Shown: one piece after another, positions 1 to 10,330 of the stretch
Numbering within the stretch: position 1 is the stretch's first letter
Layout of the letters: each line of letters begins with the position of its first letter
Assembly: GCA_965648915.1 (NCBI GenBank)
Contig: CBFGIV010000030.1
Location: forward strand, 1-25,811
Length of the DNA: 25,811 bases
DNA from: a candidate division WOR-3 bacterium
GTDB lineage: Bacteria > Hydrothermota > Tepidihabitantia > SM23-42 > CAYGYG01
Direction of reading: 5' to 3'
Notes under the pieces: generated by a model
Database searches by the model: none
What the model was told of the DNA's origin: nothing
Seen by the model: only the letters and a program-made list of their open reading frames with translations
Program-made: the position numbers and the translations under genes

Positions 1-2
1 CG

Positions 3-1832
3 GGTATTGTGGTCGATTGTGATGCCAAACATCGGCCGATCATGGTGCGGGAAATTTATGAGATAAAGGAGAAGAGGTTTATCCCGACAGCGCTGGTCCG
101 TTTCTATCAATGGCTGGCTCACTATTATCTCTCATCCCTGGGTGAAGTTTTGACTCTGGCATTACCGAAGATTATCTTCTCCCGACCAAGAAGGTTTAGC
201 CAGCCAGCTGGGCACCAAGTCAGTACACCTGAGGAATCAGCCCCAGTATTGACACCCGATCAAGCGTGGATCGTTGAAAAGATTATAGAAAGTATCGGTC
301 AGGGTAGACTCAAGCCCTTTTTGCTCTTTGGCGTGACCGGAAGTGGAAAGACCGAGGTCTATATGAGGGTTATCGCTGAGATTATCCGCAGGGGAATGAG
401 GGCACTAATTATGGTGCCAGAAATATCGATGACGCCACTTTTATTAGACCGTTTTATGAAGAGATTTGGGTCAAGGGTAGTGACGATCCATTCGGGTCTG
501 CCGGCCAGCCAGAGAAGGAGTTACTGGTATAAGATTCGCGAGGGGAGGTATGATGTGGTGATTGGCCCGCGTTCCTGTGTATTCCTTCCTGTCCCCGGAT
601 TGGGGGTAATCATTGTGGATGAAGAGCATGATGAGTCTTATAAAGAAGACGAACGCCATCCTCGTTACCACGGGCGTGATGCAGCGGTAATGAGGGGGCA
701 GATGGAAAAGTGTATGGTAATTTTAGGAAGTGCCACGCCTTCTATTGAATCTTACTACAATGCCCAGTCCGGCAAATACGAACTGGTCCGATTAACCGAA
801 CGGATCGATACTCGTCCCCTCCCCAGGGTTGAGATTGTTGATTTAAGAAAAGAATCGGATCGATTTTTATCAAAGAAATTTAGAGAGAAATTCCAGGCGA
901 CGATCGCCCGGGGTGAACAGGTAATAATCTTCTTAAATCGTCGCGGCTATGCTCCGGTTCTCTTCTGTCCCCTGTGCGGCTATATGGAGCGCTGTCCTTT
1001 CTGTCGATTACCCCTCGTTTATCATAAGAGTGAAAACAGGCTCTCCTGCCATTTCTGCAAATTCAAAAAGTCTATACCGGATTCCTGCCCAACCTGCGGG
1101 AAGGCAGCCCTGGTTGGTCTGGGTATCGGGACACAAAAGCTCGAAGAACTGATTCAGGAATTAGCGGGTAGCGAAAAAGTATTGAGGATTGATAAGGATA
1201 TTATCCGGCACCGGACCAGGGGCGAAGAGATCCTCCACGCATTTGAATCGAACCAGGCAAAAATTATGGTCGGCACAAGACTTGTTACCAAAGGGTTCGA
1301 CTTTCATAATGTGACCCTGGTTGGTGTTGTCAATGGCGATAATCAGTTTTATTTCCCGGACTTTCGTGCCGCGGAGCGGACATTTCAAATTCTTACTCAG
1401 GTCGCGGGAAGGGCCGGACGTGGGACTAAAGCCGGTGAGGTAATAATTCAAACCTATCATCCTAACCAATATGCGATCGTCTGTGCCCAACACCAGGATT
1501 TTGAATCCTTTTATGAAAAGGAGATTAAACTCAGGAGAGAGTTGTTATTACCGCCATTTTCCAGGCTTATTCTTCTCCGCTTTACCGGCCGTAACAAAAG
1601 TATGGTCAAGCAGGAGGCAGACCGGGTAGCCGGGCATCTGCGATCACAAAAAAATCTTGTCTTCTACGGCCCAAAAGAGTCGTTTCGTTTCCAGATGCGC
1701 AAGACATTCAGATATTTTATCCTGATCAAGACGGATAAAAAATTCCCCCTGGGAAAACTCCGTTTTTTGCTCGGATTAAAAGAAAAAGGCACGCGGCTTG
1801 ATATTGATGTGGATCCCCAGGATGTGATTTGA
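3..1832 (+). CDS. priA: Primosomal protein N' (replication restart helicase), 5'-truncated by window edge
   Basis: Walker [19 protein letters not shown], two Cys4 zinc clusters (CPLC..CPFC..CHFC..CPTC), TKGFDF, QVAGRAGR, C-terminal DVDP. The frame is open to position 3 (G-I-V-V-D), so the true start lies upstream of the window. Confidence 0.97.
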   Translation, partial: GIVVDCDAKHRPIMVREIYEIKEKRFIPTALVRFYQWLAHYYLSSLGEVLTLALPKIIFSRPRRFSQPAGHQVSTPEESAPVLTPDQAWIVEKIIESIGQGRLKPFLLFGVTGSGKTEVYMRVIAEIIRRGMRALIMVPEISMTPLLLDRFMKRFGSRVVTIHSGLPASQRRSYWYKIREGRYDVVIGPRSCVFLPVPGLGVIIVDEEHDESYKEDERHPRYHGRDAAVMRGQMEKCMVILGSATPSIESYYNAQSGKYELVRLTERIDTRPLPRVEIVDLRKESDRFLSKKFREKFQATIARGEQVIIFLNRRGYAPVLFCPLCGYMERCPFCRLPLVYHKSENRLSCHFCKFKKSIPDSCPTCGKAALVGLGIGTQKLEELIQELAGSEKVLRIDKDIIRHRTRGEEILHAFESNQAKIMVGTRLVTKGFDFHNVTLVGVVNGDNQFYFPDFRAAERTFQILTQVAGRAGRGTKAGEVIIQTYHPNQYAIVCAQHQDFESFYEKEIKLRRELLLPPFSRLILLRFTGRNKSMVKQEADRVAGHLRSQKNLVFYGPKESFRFQMRKTFRYFILIKTDKKFPLGKLRFLLGLKEKGTRLDIDVDPQDVI

Positions 1833-2566
1833 TGTTGCGTAACATTAAAATTACAATTGAATACGACGGCACCAATTACGCGGGCTGGCAATATCAACCG
1901 AATAAAAAAACGATTCAGGGTGAAATTGAGAAAGCCCTGGAGAAGATATTTAAGAAAAGGATCAGAATAATTGGTGCCGGTCGGACCGATGCCGGGGTTC
2001 ATGCCTCAGGCCAGGTGGCAAATTTTAAGATTGACTCAAATATTACGGTTGGCAAATTACACCGAGCCTTGAACGGTAACCTGCCGTCCGATATTTTTGT
2101 AAGAAAAGTTATTGAGGTGTCGAAAGATTTCCATGCCCGATTCGATGCGCTGAGTAAGATTTATGAATATCGACTCTTATTAAGACGTTCCCCCCTCAGG
2201 CGTAGATTTGCGTGGGAAGTGAAGTATAAGATTGATGTAAGAGTTGTGAAACGGGGGTTAAGAAGATTTTTGGGTGAACACGATTTCTCGAACTTTTCCG
2301 TTGCCCGTGATAAAGAAAATCGAATCTGTAAAATAATCAAAGTTGGTTTGAAAAGGAAAGAAGACGAAGTGGTGGTTGTGATTGAGGCCGATCGATTCTT
2401 AAACAAGATGGTCAGAATGATAATCGGTTTTTTAGTCGATCTCGGCCGGGGTCGATTCGATTTTAAAATAACCGAGACTATGTTTGACCAGAGGTTTAAA
2501 AAGAACTTTACGGTTGCCCCTTCCCAGGGGCTCTTTCTGGTTAAGGTTAAATATTCTCTATATTGA
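1832..2566 (+). CDS. truA: tRNA pseudouridine(38-40) synthase
   Basis: IEYDGTNYAGWQ, catalytic AGRTDAGVHA, FHARF, FLNKMVR. The ATG at 1832 overlaps the priA stop (TGATG) and is preferred to the TTG at 1829. Confidence 0.97.
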   Translation: MLRNIKITIEYDGTNYAGWQYQPNKKTIQGEIEKALEKIFKKRIRIIGAGRTDAGVHASGQVANFKIDSNITVGKLHRALNGNLPSDIFVRKVIEVSKDFHARFDALSKIYEYRLLLRRSPLRRRFAWEVKYKIDVRVVKRGLRRFLGEHDFSNFSVARDKENRICKIIKVGLKRKEDEVVVVIEADRFLNKMVRMIIGFLVDLGRGRFDFKITETMFDQRFKKNFTVAPSQGLFLVKVKYSLY

Positions 2567-2590
2567 CGATAAGGCAGATTTGAGTAGAAT
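2563..2590 (+). promoter_or_regulatory. Sigma70-like promoter for tgt (probably leaderless)
   Basis: TTGACG (2563-2568), 16 bp, TAGAAT (2585-2590), 7 nt, then ATG at 2598; no Shine-Dalgarno. Confidence 0.65.
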
Positions 2591-2594
2591 TTGA

Positions 2595-3689
<1,095 letters not shown>

Positions 3690-3706
3690 TTGATTAAAAA
3701 TTATTG

Positions 3707-3734
3707 TTGACATTTTTGATATTTTATATATAAT
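3707..3734 (+). promoter_or_regulatory. Consensus sigma70 promoter for HTH-pilMNOPQ operon
   Basis: TTGACA (3707-3712), 16 bp, TATAAT (3729-3734); RBS AGGAGA at 3745-3750 precedes ATG 3756. Confidence 0.8.
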
Positions 3735-3755
3735 TATCGCCAACAGGAGATTATT

Positions 3756-3941
3756 ATGCCATTGTCACCAAAAGACATCGATCCTGAAAAACTGTATACA
3801 ACCGAGGAGACTTCAAGATTGCTTCGACTTGGTTCTCAGACGGTAAGGAAGAAATTAAGGGACGGAGATCTCAAGGGTAAAAAGGTTGGCAGGCGCTGGT
3901 TGATCAAGGGTACTGAGTTAAGGAAATATATCGGGGAATAA
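3756..3941 (+). CDS. Small excisionase/MerR-like helix-turn-helix protein (HTH_17 family)
   Basis: 61 aa with LYTTEETSRLLRL..TVRKKLRDGDLKGKKVGRRWLI, the typical HTH_17 pattern; good RBS and promoter. Confidence 0.88.
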   Translation: MPLSPKDIDPEKLYTTEETSRLLRLGSQTVRKKLRDGDLKGKKVGRRWLIKGTELRKYIGE

Positions 3942-3956
3942 TTCAAGGAGAGAGCA

Positions 3957-4997
3957 ATGTTTAAGAAAAAAGTAAAAGCAGTTGGATTGGATATCGGGTC
4001 GAGCTCAGTAAAGGTTGTTGAACTCGCTCCCGGTAAAATTCCGCGTTTAGTCAATTACGGTATTGCCCGGGTTTTACCCGATGCGATTGTTGAAGGTGAA
4101 ATTATCGATCGTGAGGTTGTGCTTGACGCCATCAGATCTGCTTTTGAGGGCCGGAATATTAAGACGAAGTCTGTGGTCATCGGAGTTGCCGGGCACGATG
4201 TGATTATCAAGAAGATTACGATGGACCGGATGTCGGAAAACGATACGCGGGAACATATTAGATGGGAGGCAGAACAGTATATTCCCTTTGATATTAATGA
4301 GGTCTCAATCGATTTTGAAATTGTCAACCCTAACTTTGGTGAGAATCAGCAGGAAGTGGTCTTGGTTGCCTCGAAGAACGAATTGATTAACAATACAATA
4401 TCGCTGGTAAGAGAGTTGAATCTCACCCCGGTGGCGATTGATGTTGCGGCTTTTGCCATCCAGAATGTCTTTGAATTAAATTATGGCACTTTTGCTAACG
4501 AGACAATAGCGTTGATTCATATTGGTGCGGGTCTGACGATAATCAATGTTGTCAAAAACAATGTGCCGTTATTGGCCCGGGATATTTATTTTGGCGCTAA
4601 TGGATATATTACCCGTCTTCAGAAAGAACTGGGTATGAATTATGAAGATGCTTCAAGTGCAATCAAAGGGACAATACCTATGGGTATAACGGCAGAAGCG
4701 ATCAATTCGGTTTTTGAATCCTTTGCCGATGAACTTTCCAATCAGATTGAAAAAAGTTTTCAATTTTTATCCAGCCTGGCCAGTGAAGAGAAACTGGCCC
4801 GAATATATATATCGGGTGGTGGTTCCTTAATTCCCAATCTTCTCGAGTACTGCAAGCGACGCTTTACTATACCGGTTGAGCGACTTAATCCTTTTCAGAA
4901 GATCGGTTACGATCCCGCGGTTTTCGGCGTCGAAGGAGTGGAGACGATGAGTCCAATTCTTATTCAGGCATTAGGACTTGCATTAAGGGGTGGTTAA
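3957..4997 (+). CDS. pilM: Type IV pilus assembly protein PilM (actin-like)
   Basis: VGLDIGSSSVKVVEL, EAEQYIPF, IHIGA, ISGGGS, ALGLALRG; RBS AAGGAG; first gene of the pilMNOPQ order. Confidence 0.95.
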   Translation: MFKKKVKAVGLDIGSSSVKVVELAPGKIPRLVNYGIARVLPDAIVEGEIIDREVVLDAIRSAFEGRNIKTKSVVIGVAGHDVIIKKITMDRMSENDTREHIRWEAEQYIPFDINEVSIDFEIVNPNFGENQQEVVLVASKNELINNTISLVRELNLTPVAIDVAAFAIQNVFELNYGTFANETIALIHIGAGLTIINVVKNNVPLLARDIYFGANGYITRLQKELGMNYEDASSAIKGTIPMGITAEAINSVFESFADELSNQIEKSFQFLSSLASEEKLARIYISGGGSLIPNLLEYCKRRFTIPVERLNPFQKIGYDPAVFGVEGVETMSPILIQALGLALRGG

Positions 4998-5588
4998 ATG
5001 ATAAAAGTTGATCTACTACCTAAAGAACGCAAACCAAAAGTTGCCGCTAAAAAACCCAGGGCACCGGGTGTAAAGATGCCTTCGATAACGGTCAAGGGAG
5101 GGATCGTTATCATTGTGGGTGTGGTGATCCTGGTTTTGGTTTGCGGGATTCTTTTTATTAGTCAAAAAAGCAGGATAAGCGGTCTCAATCGAAAAATTGC
5201 ACAGTATACTGCAAAATTAGATAGCCTGAGGCCATATGTCGAACGCGTCAAAGCACTCGAACAGAAAGAGCAGGAAATGAATCGTTATATTGAACCGATA
5301 AAGACATTAAATCAAAACCGTTTCTTCGTTGTCCATTTGATGGATGAACTTTCCTTGCGCCTTCCTGACTATACCTGGTTGACCTCGGTCAATATCACTC
5401 CCACTACAATTGAGATTAAAGGAGCAACCGTATCCAATCTGTGGGTGGCAGAATTTATGAATCGTCTTGAAGATTCACCATACCTATCCGGTGTAGAACT
5501 TGTTGTCCTGCAAAAAGAGAAAGTGGAGAATCAGGAAATAATGAGCTTTACACTAACGGCAACTGCTACTGCCGCAGCCCAAAAGTGA
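4998..5588 (+). CDS. pilN: Type IV pilus assembly protein PilN
   Basis: N-terminal MIKVDLLP (INLLP-like), TM helix, coiled coil, LPDYTWLTS, FMNRLEDSP; abuts pilM. Confidence 0.9.
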   Translation: MIKVDLLPKERKPKVAAKKPRAPGVKMPSITVKGGIVIIVGVVILVLVCGILFISQKSRISGLNRKIAQYTAKLDSLRPYVERVKALEQKEQEMNRYIEPIKTLNQNRFFVVHLMDELSLRLPDYTWLTSVNITPTTIEIKGATVSNLWVAEFMNRLEDSPYLSGVELVVLQKEKVENQEIMSFTLTATATAAAQK

Positions 5589-5596
5589 GGTGAATA

Positions 5597-6139
5597 ATGG
5601 ACTTAAAGAATCCACAAACGCAAAGAAATATATTTGTCATTCTATTGTTAGTCGTATTATTCATCCTCTTTCTTAAAATCCCTTATGCCAATAACAGCAA
5701 GGTTATTCAAGAACTGGAACAGAGGCGAGTGAGTCTTGAAGAAGAAGTTCGTAAGGCAGAAGAGGCAAAAGCGAAGTTACCCGAGGTTGAGGCAAGGTAT
5801 AATCAACTGATGAGAGCATGGGAGATTGCCAAAGAGATGCTGCCGCCCGAGAAAGAGATTCCTTCGCTTTTGAGAATGATTACGAATGCCGGGATAAAGG
5901 CAGGTGTCTCTTTTGTTTACTTTAAGCCTACTGATCCGGTGAGTAAGGGGATGTATAATGAGATTCCCTTCCAGTTAAAGGTTATCTGCACATACCACGA
6001 ACTCGGTAAATTTCTTGCCGCAGTGGGTAATTTAAAGCGGATTGTTAATTTTCCGACTGCAAAGATGACCACCGAAAAAGAGGAAAAGATTTCAGTTGAT
6101 ATGAGTGCCTTTACTTATACCATTCCTACCGGGAGGTAA
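5597..6139 (+). CDS. pilO: Type IV pilus assembly protein PilO
   Basis: TM helix, coiled coil, LPPEKEIPSLL, YHELGKFL..V..LKRIV; operon position. Confidence 0.9.
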   Translation: MDLKNPQTQRNIFVILLLVVLFILFLKIPYANNSKVIQELEQRRVSLEEEVRKAEEAKAKLPEVEARYNQLMRAWEIAKEMLPPEKEIPSLLRMITNAGIKAGVSFVYFKPTDPVSKGMYNEIPFQLKVICTYHELGKFLAAVGNLKRIVNFPTAKMTTEKEEKISVDMSAFTYTIPTGR

Positions 6140-6141
6140 AG

Positions 6142-6567
6142 ATGAAAAGAGCAGTCGCTTGCTTCAGCATCAATGGTGTGGTCTTATTCCTGGCTGTCTT
6201 TGGTTCCTTAATCTTCGCACAGAATATTGCGGTTGATTCCCTGTTCCCAGTTGAAAAATATGAATACCAAGCAGGAGGCCGAAGGGATCCTTTTATGCCA
6301 CTCGTAGGTCAAACCAAGGGTGTGGCGATGGGTCTGGCTAATCTTAATATTGATAACCTCACTTTGATTGGTACAATAACCTGGCCTGGTGGAGGGTATG
6401 CGCTCGTCAAAGATGGATTGAATAACGGTTATATCTTGAAGAAAGGCGATAAAGTAGCAGGTGGTTGGGTCAGCCAGATAACAAATCGTTCGGTAATCTT
6501 TTCAATTCAATATGCCGGCGTTGTGACCACCTACGAGTTAAAATTACAGGAAAAGAAAGGGAGGTAA
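6142..6567 (+). CDS. pilP: PilP-like pilus assembly protein
   Basis: YEY..GRRDPFMPL, L.LIGTI, YALV, G...LKKGD; lies between pilO and pilQ. Confidence 0.8.
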   Translation: MKRAVACFSINGVVLFLAVFGSLIFAQNIAVDSLFPVEKYEYQAGGRRDPFMPLVGQTKGVAMGLANLNIDNLTLIGTITWPGGGYALVKDGLNNGYILKKGDKVAGGWVSQITNRSVIFSIQYAGVVTTYELKLQEKKGR

Positions 6568-6571
6568 AACC

Positions 6572-8191
6572 ATGAGTAGACTATGTTTATTCTTACTCTT
6601 AATTTCTTGTCTATTTTCGGCAACTATCCAGGATGTGATTGTCAAGTCCGAAGAGAATAATACGAAAGTCATAATTCAAGCAGATGGCATATTTACTGCT
6701 AATACCTATAGTCTTAAGGATCCTCCGCGTATTGTTGTTGATGTTACTAATGCCACACTCGGTCTCTCAGGCTTAAACTACCCGGATATTAATCGGGGCG
6801 GAATCAGCAAAATTGTTGTGAATCGGTTTGAGAAGATGCCTAATTTGATAAGGATTGTTATCTCACTCGACCAGGATTACTCTTTCCTTACTGCTCAGGA
6901 AGATAACAATTATGCGCTTACGATACTTACATCACTTGCTAGCCCGGTCGAAGAGTGGCATGCCAGTCTTACACCCGGTGTATCTTTTACACCACCGCCA
7001 ACCCCGGAGACAACCAGGGTAGCAGTCCCGACACCGCCACCCCAGACCATCACGCGTCGACCGGAACGGCTCGTATCGATGGATATGGAGAATGCTGATC
7101 TTTTGACAATTCTGAGGGCACTGGCCGAGTACAGCGGAATGAATATTGTGGTCGGCAAGGGTGTAAGCGGTAATGTCACGGTTCGATTACATAATGTCCC
7201 TTGGCGTCAGGCACTGGAGATCATTCTGAAATCATCCGGTTATGCCTACCGGGAAGAGGGACGGGTAATCAGGGTTGATACCGGAGAAAATCTGGAAAAG
7301 CAGGATCTCGATCTTCCTCTGGTATCCCGGGTTTACAAACTGGAGTTTGCTGACCCATCCGAGGTGGCAAATCAGGTTGGCAGGCTGATTTCAAGCAAAG
7401 GTAAAGCGACACCCGATGCCCGAACTAACTCAATCGTTGTCTATGATGTTGAACCGGTGCAGGAAAAGGTCTTCAAACTTATCTCGATTCTTGATTCACC
7501 AACGCCTCAGGTGGAAATTGCGGTAAGGGTGATTGATATCGATGCAGCAATCTCACGGGGTTTAGGCATTCGCTGGACGGTGCGCGGTTTACAGAGCCGG
7601 ATTGTTCAGGGTGATATTACTTTGAACCGAACACCTGCGGTCGCCGGCTACGGTGTTTTCAATATTGGAACGGTTCCGAATCTGGCACATCTCAATGCCA
7701 CATTACAGATAATGGAGAGCGAAGGGAAGACGAAAACAATTGCCGCACCACGGATAACGGCGGTTAATAATCGAACTGCCTCGATTTTAGGTGGTAAAAA
7801 ATTCTCGGTTACGGTGCTGGATGAGCGTGGTAATCCGATTGTTCAGTTCTTCGAAGTCGGTACAAAATTGAATGTGACTCCGCATATTAATTCACTGGAA
7901 GAGATAACAATGGATATAAAGGCCGAAGTCAGCGAGGTTGATGAGGCATCGGTGACCATTGGCCGTCCGATAATTACCACCTCGGAAGCAACATCAAAGG
8001 TCCTGGTTCGAGATGGGAATACAGTGGTAATCGGTGGTTTCATAAAACAGAAGGAAGAGAAGAGCGTTAAGGGGATTCCGATACTGAGGAGCATCCCGAT
8101 CATCGGTATTCTCTTCAAAGAGACGGCGACGACCCGTAGTGACCGTGAACTGCTCATCTTTATAACACCGACGATTGTCAAATCATCATAG
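6572..8191 (+). CDS. pilQ: Type IV pilus secretin PilQ (AMIN + N domains + secretin)
   Basis: Signal peptide, AMIN-like domain (LKDPPRIVVD), VTVRLHNVPWRQALEIIL, DARTNSIVV, GIPILRSIPIIGILFK, ELLIFITPTIV. Confidence 0.94.
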   Translation: MSRLCLFLLLISCLFSATIQDVIVKSEENNTKVIIQADGIFTANTYSLKDPPRIVVDVTNATLGLSGLNYPDINRGGISKIVVNRFEKMPNLIRIVISLDQDYSFLTAQEDNNYALTILTSLASPVEEWHASLTPGVSFTPPPTPETTRVAVPTPPPQTITRRPERLVSMDMENADLLTILRALAEYSGMNIVVGKGVSGNVTVRLHNVPWRQALEIILKSSGYAYREEGRVIRVDTGENLEKQDLDLPLVSRVYKLEFADPSEVANQVGRLISSKGKATPDARTNSIVVYDVEPVQEKVFKLISILDSPTPQVEIAVRVIDIDAAISRGLGIRWTVRGLQSRIVQGDITLNRTPAVAGYGVFNIGTVPNLAHLNATLQIMESEGKTKTIAAPRITAVNNRTASILGGKKFSVTVLDERGNPIVQFFEVGTKLNVTPHINSLEEITMDIKAEVSEVDEASVTIGRPIITTSEATSKVLVRDGNTVVIGGFIKQKEEKSVKGIPILRSIPIIGILFKETATTRSDRELLIFITPTIVKSS

Positions 8192-8210
8192 TTGATCGAC
8201 TGTTGATAAC

Positions 8211-8240
8211 AGGGGTCATCGTTACGATGGCCCCTTTTTT
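8211..8240 (+). terminator. Rho-independent terminator of pil operon
   Basis: AGGGGTCATCG-TTA-CGATGGCCCCT 11-bp stem (one G-U) followed by a T run, about 20 nt after the pilQ stop. Confidence 0.88.
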
Positions 8241-8278
8241 ATATCACCGATATGAGCACAAAGTAGAGATACCATAAG

Positions 8279-8800
8279 ATGCGGATCATCGGCGGAGACA
8301 AGAAGGGTTTTAAATTAAGATTGGTTGCAAAAAAGAGCCGACCAACACTGGCCAAGGTGCGGGAGGCGATATTTAATATTCTTGGCCCAGAAGTAGTTGG
8401 GGCGAATGTTTTAGACCTATTTTGTGGGAGCGGAGCATTAGGGATTGAGGCGCTATCACGTGGGGCTAAATCAGCAACATTTATCGACCGTGATACTCGT
8501 TCTTTAATAACTAATATTAAAGAGATTAATTTTAAGAATGTGGTAATAATTAAAAGTGATGTTTTTCGAGCGGTTAAGAAATTGCCGCAGCAAAACTTTG
8601 ACATTATATTCCTCGATCCTCCCTATCAAAAAAATCTCCTGAACCGGGCAATAATATCCATCCTTGACCTCCTTACAAAATCAGGTATAATTGTAGTTGA
8701 ACATCACAAGCGCGAGGCAATGATTGTTCCGTCGGGTTATTATTTGTTCAAAGAGAAAAGGTACGGCGATAGCTTAGTAGGTTTTTTGAAACGGTTATAG
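8279..8800 (+). CDS. rsmD: 16S rRNA m2G966 methyltransferase
   Basis: MRIIGG, RPT..KVREAIFNIL, LDLFCGSGALGIEALSRGA, FLDPPY; conserved rsmD-coaD synteny. Confidence 0.95.
   Translation: MRIIGGDKKGFKLRLVAKKSRPTLAKVREAIFNILGPEVVGANVLDLFCGSGALGIEALSRGAKSATFIDRDTRSLITNIKEINFKNVVIIKSDVFRAVKKLPQQNFDIIFLDPPYQKNLLNRAIISILDLLTKSGIIVVEHHKREAMIVPSGYYLFKEKRYGDSLVGFLKRL
8664..8691 (+). promoter_or_regulatory. Putative intragenic promoter (inside rsmD) upstream of coaD
   Basis: TTGACC (8664-8669), 16 bp, TATAAT (8686-8691). Confidence 0.55.
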
Positions 8801-8872
8801 AAAGCGCAGAGACAATTTTTAATTAAATTTCAAATATTGTAAGATCCAAATAGTTAAAATTAAGGAGTCTCA

Positions 8873-9358
8873 ATGAAACGAGCAATATATCCTGGGACCT
8901 TTGATCCTATCACCTTTGGTCACATTGATATCATCAGGCGCAGTCTTAAACTCTTTGATGAAATAGTTGTTGCGGTGGCGAAGCGGCGGGAAAAAAAGAC
9001 ATTATTCACCCATCAGGAGAGAATCGAACTTACCCGACAGACTCTGAAGAAAACCAAGAAAGTCCGGGTTCTGGGGTTCGATTCATTGCTGGTCGATTTT
9101 GCTGACGAAATTAAGGCTTGCGTGATCATCCGTGGGCTTCGGGCGATAAGTGATTTTGACTACGAGCTTCAGATGGCGTTAATCAACCGTAAGCTTGATC
9201 GGCCGGTCGAAACGATATTTTTAACTTCATCCGAGCAATTTATCTTTGTAAGTTCAACTCTGGTTAAAGAGATCGCCCGGCTTGGTGGTGATGTTACTCC
9301 TTTTGTCCCGGGAGTGGTGGCCCGAGCCCTGAGTTGTAAGATCAAAGGGTTGAAATAG
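8873..9358 (+). CDS. coaD: Phosphopantetheine adenylyltransferase
   Basis: AIYPGTFDPITFGHIDII, IIRGLRAISDFDYELQMA, VSSTLVKEIA; RBS TAAGGAG. Confidence 0.97.
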   Translation: MKRAIYPGTFDPITFGHIDIIRRSLKLFDEIVVAVAKRREKKTLFTHQERIELTRQTLKKTKKVRVLGFDSLLVDFADEIKACVIIRGLRAISDFDYELQMALINRKLDRPVETIFLTSSEQFIFVSSTLVKEIARLGGDVTPFVPGVVARALSCKIKGLK

Positions 9359-9367
9359 TAGACGGTA

Positions 9368-10330
9368 ATGAAATTCATCGATGAAGTAGAGATAACCGTC
9401 CGGGCTGGTGATGGTGGTAATGGTTGTGTCTCTTTCCGGCGGGAGAAGTTCGTTCCGCGGGGTGGACCGGATGGAGGCGACGGTGGCAAAGGAGGTTCGA
9501 TCTATCTTGTTGGCGATCGACATAAAGAGAGTCTAATAGACTTTGCCTATAAAAGGATATATAAGGCAGGCCGGGGGATGCACGGTAAGGGTAATAACCA
9601 AACAGGCAAAGATGGTAAGGATATTTTTATACCGGTCCCCTTAGGAACAGATGTGTATAATAATGAGCGAGAAGTTTTACTGGGTGAAATTCTTAAAGAC
9701 GGACAGAGACTTTTGGTTGCTCGGGGTGGAAGAGGTGGGCGAGGCAATGCCCGGTTCAAGAGTCCAGTTCACCAGACCCCTGAAGAATACGAAGAAGGTG
9801 AACCGGGTGAGGTCAAAAAGATCTATTTGGAATTGAGGTTATTGGCCGATATTGGTATTATCGGTTTACCAAATGCCGGGAAGTCGACACTTCTTTCGAA
9901 ACTCACCCAGGCCTTACCTAAAATAGCCGATTATCCTTTTACTACCCTATCGCCCAATCTTGGTGTTCTTAAGACCGAGCATAAGAGCTTTGTTATGGCT
10001 GATCTCCCTGGCTTGATTGAAGGCGCCCATAAGGGGAGGGGACTGGGTTTAAGGTTTTTGAGGCATATCGAAAGAGTTGGTTTGCTTATCTTTCTGATCG
10101 ACATCACCAGACCTGATCCAGTTGATGATTTCAGGATGCTGATGAATGAGGTAAATCAATATAAACCAGAAATACTTAATAAACCGAGATTGGTTGTTTT
10201 TAATAAGATTGATCTGCTTGCGGATAAGTTAGAATTCGACATTGCCGGTGAGCGGTTGTTCTATATCTCCGCCCTGAAAGGGAAGAACTTAAAAGAACTT
10301 ACCCAGGAGTTATTAGAAAAGTTTAAATAG
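9368..10330 (+). CDS. obgE: GTPase Obg/CgtA (short form without long C-terminal domain)
   Basis: FIDE..I.VRAGDGGNG..SFRREKFVPRGGPDGGDGG, GLPNAGKS, DYPFTT, DLPG, NKID, ISA. Confidence 0.97.
   Translation: MKFIDEVEITVRAGDGGNGCVSFRREKFVPRGGPDGGDGGKGGSIYLVGDRHKESLIDFAYKRIYKAGRGMHGKGNNQTGKDGKDIFIPVPLGTDVYNNEREVLLGEILKDGQRLLVARGGRGGRGNARFKSPVHQTPEEYEEGEPGEVKKIYLELRLLADIGIIGLPNAGKSTLLSKLTQALPKIADYPFTTLSPNLGVLKTEHKSFVMADLPGLIEGAHKGRGLGLRFLRHIERVGLLIFLIDITRPDPVDDFRMLMNEVNQYKPEILNKPRLVVFNKIDLLADKLEFDIAGERLFYISALKGKNLKELTQELLEKFK

Noticed and set aside
3756..3941. HTH_17 gene as a prophage or ICE excisionase
   Set aside because: No integrase, tRNA target, att repeats or phage genes are nearby, and it is embedded in the pil transcription unit.
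6985..7055. Imperfect ACACCGCCACCCC repeats in pilQ
   Set aside because: They encode a Pro/Thr-rich interdomain linker and are not an independent repeat element.
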